Shown piece by piece: positions 24,818 through 35,236 of a stretch of 64,000 bases of DNA. Numbering within the stretch: position 1 is the first letter of the stretch; each line of letters opens with the position of its first letter. A program made the translations under genes and the position numbers. Source of the DNA: Lepidodermella squamata (lineage: Eukaryota > Animalia > Gastrotricha); the NCBI GenBank assembly GCA_047495785.1, contig JBLDXI010000003.1, positions 3,038,001 to 3,102,000 on the forward strand, read 5' to 3'. The notes beneath the pieces are model-generated. The model made no database searches and had not been told where the DNA came from. It worked only from the letters and a program-made list of their open reading frames with translations.

Positions 24818-27800
24818 TCAGACTTTGAATATGAAAGTTGTGTCCATTAGCTCCTTTTGATGTTCAAGACTTCTGCACTGCAGCCGGGAGTCCCAGGTTC
24901 CGTCCAGGGTGCATAGCACCCAGTCTCGGCCGGCGAGAAGGTAACCATCTTCACAGTCGTAGACGACGTAGTCGCCAGATTGTGGCCGGCCTTCGAACGA
25001 TCGAGAAGTCGGCCGCGCGTTTGCGATCTTCGGAGGCGGAATGTCACAGTACACCGGCGCAGGGTCAGCTTAAAAAAAATAAAAATTCAAATATAAAGCA
25101 AATATTCAAGAAAAATGTCAAGAAAAATCCAATCGATCAAGTTAATCGCATTTGATCCCAAAGATCAAATGAGCTCATTAGAAAAATAAAAAAAATTAAT
25201 TGGCAATAAAACTCTTCAGAGTCCCCTTAAATTAAAATTTAATTGGGTTTTTAATTGGACGATCATCGGTATATAAATCCGGTTTCAGCTTTAGTTTTTC
25301 ATCATCAGCTATCGATTTATTATCAATTTAATCGAATCTTCATCACTATCTAAAACATGCGCGCTTTTCTCGCTGTTGCTGTTGTCGTCCTGCTCGGACT
25401 TGGTAATCTATTTTCCGATCATTTTTGCCCTCTTTCTATACTTTATCATTTCAGCATACTCCGAGGCCAAGGTGTGGAATGTCGAATCGAAGGAGATGCA
25501 CCGCAACTACGAAAAGAAGGTGAGAGCAACGGTGAGCCGATCCTACGAGAACAACAGGGCTTTCAGCAAGAAGTTCGCCCCGAAGAAGGTCGGCCGTAAG
25601 ATGAACAAGCGCCGCGGATCCTTCTCCAAGTCGGTCTCCAAGTCTGTTTCCTACTCGCGGTCCGCCTCCTTCTCCGGCAACCGCAAGAACAAGCGATTCG
25701 GTGGTCGCAAGTTCGGCAAGCACGGCAAGAACTTCGGCTACGGCCGCAAGGGCGGCAAGTTCGGCCACGGCAAGTTCGGCGGCCGCAAGGCCAACAAGGG
25801 CTCGTACTCCTACAGCAAGTCCGTCAGCGTCTCCAACTAAATTAACCTCGAAAAAACTTTCCCACGATATGCTTTTGTAACGTGATCGGCTTAATGAAAT
25901 ATTTTGGTCGAAAATAAACAAGTCATAAATCAACCCTTAAAATCTCATTTGACAGCATTTTGTACCGGTAAAAAATAAGTTAAATGGCTATCTAAGCTTT
26001 CGATGGTTATCTCTCAGTCGCGTATGCCATCAAAACGCCAACTTCAGGCAATTAACATCGTTGCAAACAACACAGCACGCGTTGTTTTGTTTAGCTTAAA
26101 GTGTTTAAAGCCCCGCTTAATGAGATAATTTAAAATGCCAAGATTTTATATCTTTGGCTTAGATCTTAGATAATTTACCTTTGCACATGGGAAGAGTTGT
26201 GCGTTTTGAAAGTTTAATGCGTTGCAGCGGGAAGAAAACAGCCGTGCCCCATGAGCCATCCGTCAAGCATAGCACCTTATTGCGACCGGTTAACGAATGG
26301 CCGGCTGAACACGCGTATTGCACGTAATCGCCTACTCGAGAATCTTCCAGCTTTCGTTCCGGGTATGATCGCATCATAACATGCGCATTTTCGATTTTCG
26401 GCGGCGCCCCACAGGCCTGGTAATTTCGATCAACAGCTGTGAAACAAAAAAAAAAGAAAATAAAAATAATTTTGAATTTTGAAAACATTACTAGTAATGA
26501 AAAAAGGAAAAAATGATAAAGAAATATTTTAAAATTTTAAAATAAATTAAATAAAATTACAAATGCATCTTGGCATTTGAGTCCACTGAGCCAGTCCACT
26601 TTCCTTGTCGGGCTGGCAATAAACAGCTGCCGATCCATCCATGGCGAAATTTTCAAGGCACGAATATATCACAACGTCACCAATCTGGCTCAGTTCGAGA
26701 TTTTCAAAATCGAAAGTTGCCGAGAATATCTCGCCGTTAAGGAGGGTTGGTGGGAAATTGCACGAAGCGCTCTCTTTTGAAAGAATGTCCCGTTGCATCT
26801 CCGGGGTAGCTTCACTGGTCGGTTTTATCAAGTAACTGCCGATAGACATTGGTAAAATCTCATCTGAAAAAAATTAAAGTCAAAATTTTTCTCAAATTTA
26901 ATCAATTTTCTAACCATCTATACTAGGCGGTAAATCCGGATCTTCAGTTGGTCGAGGTGGTAATTCGTCGATAATTAACGGTGGTGGTAAATTAGGATCT
27001 TCAACCAAGCCATTCATTGCCAACCACGGATCGGGAACCGTCGATGTAGGGGTCGTCGTTAATTTCTCGGTCGAAGTGGTGAAAAACAGCGACATCGCCG
27101 GGGTTTTAGGCCGCCTAGAACCTGGTGGCAATGATGGGTGTTGGGTAGAACTCGGCTTCCAAGTGACTGTTTGACTAGTTGACGTTGTAGTAACAGGTGT
27201 TGTAGCTGTTTCTTCCGTCACCGTAGTTGTTACTAGATCGGTTTGAGTCGAAGGTTCCGTAGTTGTAGCAGTACTTGAGGTCCTGGTTGACAATATCGAA
27301 ATTTTCCGTTTAGCCTGGGTTGTGGTCACAGGGGTCGTAGAGGTTGTCGTAGATTCAGTAGTAGACGTGGTAGTTGGCGTAGTAACAGCAATTGTCGAGG
27401 GCTTCTGAGTTGTTAAGGTTGTAGTAGTAGCTTTTGTTGTAGTCGTTGTAGTATGGGGCTCCGTTGTCGTTAAGGCGGTCGTTGTGGAAGGGGTAGTGGA
27501 CGATGTGGTCGTAGTTAAAGTAGTAGTTGTAGTCGAAGTCGAAGTTGAGGTCGAGGTCGAGGTCGAGGTTGAGGTTGTAGTAGGGGTCGTTCGAGTCGAG
27601 GTCGTCGATGTCACAGGTAAAGTAGTCGTCACTGCCGAAGTTGGAATTGCTGTGGTTTTCTGGGTCGAAGTCGTAGTCGGGGCCACAGAGGTCACCGTTG
27701 AGGTCAAGGTCGTTGTGGGCGTTATAGACGTGGTCGATGATGAGGTCGAAGTCACTGGGGTCGAAGTCATCGTCGTCATAGAACTTGTCGTAGAACTCGT

Positions 27801-29718
27801 TGTTGAAGTTGTGGAAACCCTACGAGGTCTCGGAGTAATTTCCATAGTCATTTCCTCGGTAGCAAATGGCGCTACTGGCTTCGGCCTCGGCATCATAAAA
27901 GGCACTCGAATGAAATAAACCGAGCTCAATGGCTTCGGGAATGGAGGCATCTCCGGTTGTTCCGGGCTACTATTATTCAACGTAAAACTCGATGAAGTGA
28001 CCGTCGATGTTTCCAGGTTAGCAGTGGTCGTAACTTGCGTTATAGGAACAATAGGCGGCAGTGTGAACGGGGTAGCTTGCGAGAAAAATGACCAAGAGTA
28101 AATCGCTGGAACCTTTTTAGGAGGTTTCGCCGGTTCTGGCGATTTCCAAATTTTGTTATCGAAAATAAATCTCGCCATTGTTGCAGTTGTTGTATCGACC
28201 AATTTGGCTTCAGTCGTTTGCGTAGTACTTCCAGTTGTAGTTTCCAAGACCCTTCGATAATGAACCCAATCTTTCTGGCCGTTGATTTCTCGACATTTAT
28301 CACTGTCATGCAATATTTGGCACCACGTTTGAATTTGCGCCGAATTTTCTAATTTCGGCAAATTGAACCCAGTACATTCTTTGACGCGCCGACACGCTTC
28401 AACGCATCGGCATAATATATCGCAAGTTGAATCTTTATTCCGAATTTCGTATAAACGCATCGGGCCGGGTCGCGACGGGCTGCAGATAACATTTTCCAAC
28501 CTTTCGAAGCCCTCCTTTTCCGGCCAAGGTTTAACAGCTGCAAAATTTTATTTAAAATTAAAAAAGACAGAAAGTAGGTCAAACTCACGTTTTTGTACGC
28601 ATTTGAGTGAACTCGGCCAGGTTAAGGTAGTCTGGTCGCATAAAATAGTTTCATTTTCCAAGCCATCTGGCGTAACGAAACCGAAATGGCAGGCGTAAGT
28701 CGCTCGGTCAACATTTCGGTATAAAGTTCGCTGTACCAAAGCTCCGTTTTGTATATTCGGAGGATCCGGACACGGTTGGGGCGGCTGACCTTCGCCTTGA
28801 ACCTTCGAACTACTGCCCTGGCCTAGCTCAGCTATCGGTTTCGGAATGAGCGCCATGGGAATATCGGGATTTTCGGGATTTTTCGCGCTTTTCGGGACCA
28901 GCTTCATGGTGGCAATTGAAGGTAGGGCTAATTTGTTTTCGTAATAGACCCACGAATGGGTGGCAACTTTCTCGCAGGCGTCTTCGTAAAGGCTAGCGAA
29001 TTGGCGTGTTCTTTCGATTAAAACACACCAGCCTCGGGATGTTTCTTCCGAAGAGGATGGCAAGTTAAAGCCGACACAGGTCGCATCGGCGATGCAGGCA
29101 ACTGCACATACGCACATCAAGTTACAAGACCGAGGGTCGTGAGAATTCTAAAAAAGGAAGAAAATGCTTCAGAATTTAAAAAAAATCAAATTAAAATAAT
29201 TTTATACAGTAATTTGAAAAAAATTGAAATTTTTTAAAAAGGTGGGCAATTTTTCGAATTTTATATTAATTTTTATTAATTTTTCAGTAAGTAGGTCAAT
29301 TTGGGCCTAATTATGCGTGCGGTCATTTGCATAAAACAAAAATATGCACATTGACCTACTTAATGCGAAATTTGCCAAAAATGATGTAAATCGAAATTGC
29401 ACTGCAAAAATTGAAAAACCCGCCTTAAAAATGCACAATTATTAAAATTCGTCGAAAAATCGGGGAAAACACCGCGAAACATACGCTTCCAAGATTTCTT
29501 GACCGGAATCCGACGCAAGTTGTGTCGCTGTATCGGTTGAAATAGCCAACAAGTCTATCCCATTGGGGCGCAATAGATCGCGGCCCGCCGTCGAAGACCG
29601 TACTCGTGCCATTATTGTTATCATCTTCAACGTCCGGTTCTTGGATAACCGGCTCAGGATCGGGCCTGACTAGCCGCAGGGTGTTAAGCAGAGCAATTAA
29701 TAGAGCTAAATGGCGCAT
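24818..29718 (-). CDS. Secreted PAN-Sushi-PAN-mucin-Sushi x3 protein
   Basis: Signal MRHLALLIALLNTLRLV; two PAN/apple-like units (CAVACIADATCVGFN...WC; CVEACRRVKECTGFN...WC); long Thr/Ser tract; four Sushi modules; last exon 25068-24818. Confidence 0.82.
25357..25840 (+). CDS. Secreted cationic K/R/G/S/F-rich protein B1 (143 aa), nested antisense in last intron of the PAN-Sushi gene
   Basis: TATATAAA at about 25270; exon 1 25357-25402 (46 nt), intron 25403-25454, exon 2 to TAA; AATAAA about 25913; strong C/G-ending codon bias. Confidence 0.9.
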
Positions 29719-30398
29719 ATTTCATGAACTAGAATATAACGCTGCCTCACAGCAGTAATTTCATAGTCGACAAGTCTGGCAGCAGGCAAAAAAGCTTGTC
29801 TCTTCCGCGGCAGTTCTTTAAATACGTCTGATGGTTTAGCGGTGTGTTAACATTGAAAACAGCGTTTGCTTAGCTTAACGCGGCGGCGATTAGCCCTCAT
29901 CAAAATTTTTATACACCATAAATTAGACCGGGCACCACGAAAAATAATGCGCAAAAATACAGCCGTTTATTGTCTTGACATGTTTACACAATAGAGACGT
30001 TATAACGCGCGGTCTTTATCGGTTTTCTATACGGCTTATTCTTGCATTTCGCAGCGCGTCGACTTCTGCTTCAGAGCTCATCATTATCATCATCGTATTC
30101 AGGATGCATTGTCTATGAACAGAAAGTAAACTTGTTAATTACAAGAGTGGTAGAAAATGTCAGGCTATAACACTTTAAATCAGTAAATAAAGGTGAAAAA
30201 ACGTGAAGGAAGACTAAACGGCAACTTAGTGACTCGAGTTAAAAAATCAGTTCAGATGCATTGCGATCAATTTTATTAATCTTTTCTCGATGAGACTCAT
30301 CAATTATCACTCAAATAATACAACGCAGAGAAATAGGTCAAATAAATAATCTGTGCGACTTTTGCTGACATGCGTTATTTTGATGAGTGTAAAAGTTT

Positions 30399-31476
30399 CT
30401 AATAGTAGTAGCCTCCGTGGCGACCGCCATAGCGACCATCGCGATAGCTGCCAGAGACAGATCCGCGGAAGTCGCGGGTGCGGCGTTCAGCCGAGGCGTT
30501 GGCGCGCTTGCGGCCATACTTGGCTCCAGCTTTGCGGGTGTGGGCAGAGTCGGATTCGGCGGCCTTCTTGTTGCTGGTCTTGTAGTCGCGGGCGTTGCGG
30601 GAGTCACGGGCGGCAGAAGCAAAGGCGCGGCGCTTGTGGGCCTTGTTGCGCTTCGCCTTCTTCTCGGCAGCGGCAGCCGAGGCCTTCGAGTCGCGAGAGG
30701 CGTAGGCAGCAGAGTGAGCCTTGCGGGACTTCTTGCCATGGGCCTTCTTGGCGGTCTTTTTGCGGGTGGCAGTGGTGGCAGCACCATCGGAGTCGTAGGC
30801 ACCGAAGTTCTTGGCACCAGATTCGTAGCTGAACTTGTTGACCTTGTTGTGGCCCTTGTCTGCGAAGGTCTTCTTCTTGAACTCAATCTCTTCACCTTGC
30901 TTGTCGCGGGCCTGGTCCTGCTGGAAAGTAGCCTTGCGCTTGTGGTCGGCACGGCCCTGCTTCTTGTTGCGGCGGTGCTTCTGGGCAGCAGCAGCGGCGC
31001 CAGAGTCAGCGTAGGAGTTGGCGTGCTGGGCGAAGGCAGCCGAGTTGCTTTCGCGGTGCTTGCGATTGCGGCGCTTGCTGCCGGCCTTGGATTTCTTCTG
31101 GTCGTAGGCAGAGTCACGCTTGCCGGCCGAGGCATAGCTGGCCGAGGCGCGTTCGCGGCTAGCCGAGCGGTTCTTGATCAGCTTGCGCTTGTCGCTAGTC
31201 TTCTTGTTGTGGGAAGCATCGGCCGAGGCGTAGTCAGCGGCGCCGGATTCCTTCTCAGCGGAGGCGGACTTGCGGTCGTATGTGTCGCGTTCGGCTAACG
31301 AGGCGGAGAAAGAGGCCTTGCGACCACCTTTGCCTTTGCGACCACCATAGCCGCCAGCTGAGCTGAGCGCTAAGAAAAATAATGTTCGAAATTTGGACGA
31401 CTAGGATAACTTTGAACTTTGAAGACTTACCGATGCAGCCCAAAGCGATGATTGCCAAAACCAAGACAGTTCGCAT
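30399..31476 (-). CDS. Secreted cationic Ala/Lys/Arg/Ser-rich protein B2 (338 aa, ends GGYYY)
   Basis: Exon 1 31476-31431 (MRTVLVLAIIALGCI), exon 2 31369-30399 fully open. Missed by the ORF track because exon 2 has no start codon. Paralog of 58764-59871. Confidence 0.92.
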
Positions 31477-31625
31477 CGTAAATAAAACCGATAAAATTTC
31501 TAAAATTCAAGGAATAAATGTTGTTTAAACTCAATAATTTTCATTTTCTGCCCAATAAGGCTAAATAAATAAATATATTCATTTAATAGCGTAGGGCTCC
31601 TCTCAACCTTTCATCACAGATACGC

Positions 31626-32295
31626 TTAATGCCAGAACCAGCCATTGCGACGGCCGTAGAAGTCGCCGGACGAGGACGAGCCGCTGTAGAATCCACGGTG
31701 ACCGAAGCGACCGTAGCCGTAGCCATGGCGACCACGGCCGTAGAATCCACGACGACCGTGGCGACCGTATCCGAAACCGCGGCGACCGAAGCGACCACCA
31801 TGACGACGGCCATAGAAACCGCGTCCGTGGCGACGGCCGCGGAAGGAACCAGACAGGGACGAGCGGGAGCCACGGCGGCCGATGAAGTGGCCACGGCGAC
31901 CACGGTTGTCACCAGCGCTCGCCGAGGCGGAGTTCTTGTTGACGGAGGCCGAGGCGTAGTTGCCACCGCGACGGCGACCGAAGAAGCCGCGACGGCCACG
32001 GTTGTTGCCGGCAGAAGCCGAGGCGGAGCGGCGGTTGACCGAGGCAGAGGCGAAGTTGCCGCGACGACCCTTGTGGCGGAAGATGCCACGACGACGGTTG
32101 TCACCAGCTGATGCGGAGGCAGAGTTCTTGTTCACCGAGGCGGAAGCTTTGTTTTCATTTCCACGCTTGCCAAGGCCCTTGTTCGCCGAGGTGGCGGCTG
32201 GAAAACCAAAAATAAAATTCCCCAAAATGTAAAAAATCAAATGAATTACCGATGCACAAGAGGGCGACAACAGCTGCGAAGAGGATAACACGCAT
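31626..32295 (-). CDS. Secreted Arg/Gly/Ser/Phe/Tyr/His-rich protein B3 (205 aa)
   Basis: Exon 1 32295-32250 (MRVILFAAVVALLCI), exon 2 32197-31626; three ASASVNxxSASASAGxNR repeats, then a GRRHG/GFYG tail. Confidence 0.92.
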
Positions 32296-32682
32296 CTTCG
32301 AATAATACGAATCGATTTATTAAATGAAAAGCCGCGTTGAACTGATGAATTGAAAAGGTTCTCTACCACCTTAAATATCCGCTCATGGGATTGTTGAGCA
32401 ACCAATGCTGCGCCCGAACGCGAGCGTGATTTGCAACGGTGATCGCGCGCGTGGTTTTCCGTATTTTTCACCAATATTTCAACATTTTCATCAAAACATG
32501 CACGTGCCAAGCGGAAAAAAACAACAGCAAGAGCGATTGTTGTGAAAAATAATTTCACCATTTTTCTACGCCTCAGAGGATGATTTTATTTCTTCTGAAA
32601 GTTTCACGTTCACTACCTACACTTAAACAACATTTCATCCAATGTCCAAAAAATGTTCATCTAAGCGAGAAGGTCAATATTA

Positions 32683-34621
32683 TTATTTTCCATTCGGCAT
32701 CGTTCCAGCCCTCAGAAATTCTTGAAAATCGCTGTCCAGCATCAAGTTATCCATTTGGGCTAGGTCGGGCTCAAAAATGAACCTTCAAGTCCAAAAAATT
32801 AATTGAATAATTTGCTCATTTTTCAATAAATTACTTGAAAAAATTCTGTTGGCTAGCGATTCGCATCTTGAGAACAGTTTGCTGCCTCTGGCTGCCCATT
32901 TCATCGCCGAAACCGATGACAAAAATTTTGCCACCAGCTCGTTTTATCGCTTGGGCATCCGGGGCCGCATTGACTATTGCCAAGCCTCGTTTAGCTAAAT
33001 TTGAAAAAAAAACATGTATTAATTCGAAAGAAGGAGCGTTGAAGTACCATTCGTGACGTAAACTATGCGGGTAGATGCGAGGCTTAGTTGGCAATTTAAA
33101 TCATTCAAATTCATTGGCCCTAGCCCAGCCAAATTGGGCACAGCTTGTAACAGGTAGGATAGGTCATCGTCAAAGGCCTGGGAAAATTACACGAAAATTC
33201 GAAATCAACTATAAATATTTTTTCTCACATTTTTCATGAGAACAACGTTATTTTCCAGCCACTGGCTCCAGGCTGAAACTTGCCGGCCTGTGAGTTCTTG
33301 CGTCACCTGAAGCGTGGTCGTAACAGCCGGGCGCGATTTTTGGTTCGTATTCTCGAACAAGGCAACTGCTCCTAGAATGAACGAATTTCCACCGTTGAAA
33401 AATCCCATTCGCTGCCGGAAATTCAGCGTTTCAAGAAAATTGATAACCGCCCGTTGTTGCAAGTCGGCACTTTCAGCAATTAACAGGTCGAACAAGAAAA
33501 CCAAATGGGTTAGATAGGTCGATTTGCAGTTAGGATCCGGCGTTGTAGTAGGTTTAGGGATGGTTGGCCGAGTTGAGGGTTTCATGGCGCAGCTTGGAAT
33601 GCTAGACCATGACCCGTTGGACATACATTCGACCCGGGTTACAGTGCCTAGTTTGGGACACGAAACCATCGCAAAACTGGAAACACGGCTCATGGTTCCC
33701 GGAATCAGATTGCTTTCACCGATGAAAGCATCTTCGATGACAGGTAACAAACCGCAAGATTTTTCCTGAATTAATTAAATTTGAAATTAAATTAAATTAT
33801 TTTGAAAAATTAAATTAAAATTGAAATTTATGAAAATTTTTGAAATTTAAAAATTTAAATTTGAATTAATTCTTGAAATTTTTTGAAATTTCTCGAAATT
33901 TTCAAGTCACCTTGATGCAAACCGGGCGTTCCGACCACGATTTATCCGGCTGGCAGAAGACGTTAGCATCGCCCACCAAAACCAGTTCATTCGTACACTG
34001 GTATGTGACGAAAATACCCGGGTCACTGAACGAAACGATAGCATTTTCGACAATAGGCGGGTCGGCACAGCCACGCTTCTGAGTTGTAATGATGATCCGC
34101 CGTGTTGTAGTCGAGGTCGATGACGGGGCTGATGATGCAAGGTCTTTAGCTACGTCTTGTGGCTTGGTCGCGGCTGGGCTCAAAGTTGAAGGACCGGGTG
34201 TTGTAATCACCTGGCAATACGGCTTCTCCGACCAAAACCCGTCCTTACTGCATTCGATCGTCCGCGATCCGATGAGTTGGAAATTCGCTCGGCAACTGTA
34301 GACAACGATTCCAGTGTCTTTGAAAACAATGTCCCCATTCTGGACAATCGGAGCCTCTGGACACGTTGATTTAGATACAACAGTGGAACCCTGCTGTTGG
34401 GTGACGGCACCCGGTTGTAGGGTGGCTGAAGGTTTTAGCGTACTTTTCGTGGTCAAGGCCGCGAAATTAACCGGCCGAAAGGTGACGGCTTGGAACCTGC
34501 GTTGAGTCGACGACGCGTTGGTGTTAGCCGGTTTAGGCTGTAGCGTTGTACTAGGCAGCCATCTCGGCCCTTGGCCAGCTACCTCAGCGACAAAAATCAA
34601 CAAAATCCAGCCGCTGCGCAT
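32683..34621 (-). CDS. Secreted protein: Thr/Pro linkers, 3 Sushi domains, divergent C-terminal VWA
   Basis: Signal MRSGWILLIFVAEVAG; LVFLFD...KIFVIGFG VWA strands; last exon ...DFQEFLRAGTMPNGK*. Confidence 0.8.
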
Positions 34622-35236
34622 TTTATTTTTGTCAAGTATGCCGATGAAGGATTTTCGACCTAGTCGCTCTATCGATCAGTCGTCGCTAATTTTTTTGTTT
34701 TGTTTCAATTTGCTATGCACTAGATCGGAAGGGGCGGGGCTTTCAACGCCGAGGTGCGAGCCGCCGGGTGCCCAGTGGAAATTGAAAAAAACACATGATC
34801 GACGGCGGCGGCGAAAAGCGCAGTGGCTATTTTTCATGATTTATTTCACATTTTAAAACACTTTACAGAGCGATGTTTTAGTATAACAACACAACAGTAA
34901 TTATAAGGTGATCGATATTTTTCACCAAAAAGGGGCCCCTCTCTCAAAGGATTCAATAATCATTATTTTTTTTGTATAATCCGAAAATTGAATTTTTTCG
35001 TTCAGCCATCATCACGCCTGTTATAATAATAATTAGTGCACTAATCTCGATTGAATAAATAATAAATAGCCAGTACAAAAATAATGAGTGTGCGCCTCAG
35101 GGGGAAGGGGGAATAATAAAATAAATATAAATTATCGCGAAAAATTGATCAACAGTTAGGTTTTAGCTGCGTTTATAATTGAATATTAAATGATTCAAAA
35201 TTGAATGTCATCAATCAAGTCGGCCATGAAGAAGTT

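Noticed and set aside
29288-29362. Small intronic hairpin with 13-bp arms as an ncRNA
   Set aside because: Interior pairs poorly; more likely a tiny MITE relic.
30399-31476. Histone H1, protamine or sperm nuclear basic protein identity for the B proteins
   Set aside because: All have hydrophobic N-terminal signal peptides and no winged-helix globular domain.
30338-32232. Long alternative-frame and antisense ORFs over B2/B3 (also 25451-25933, 57981-58743, 58858-59902)
   Set aside because: Shadows of GC-rich biased codons and low complexity. The true frame is fixed by the signal exon, splice phase and paralog conservation.
31626-32561. 311-aa ORF starting at 32561 as the B3 protein
   Set aside because: It reads through promoter and intron. 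The paralog-supported start is ATG 32295 with a 46-nt exon.
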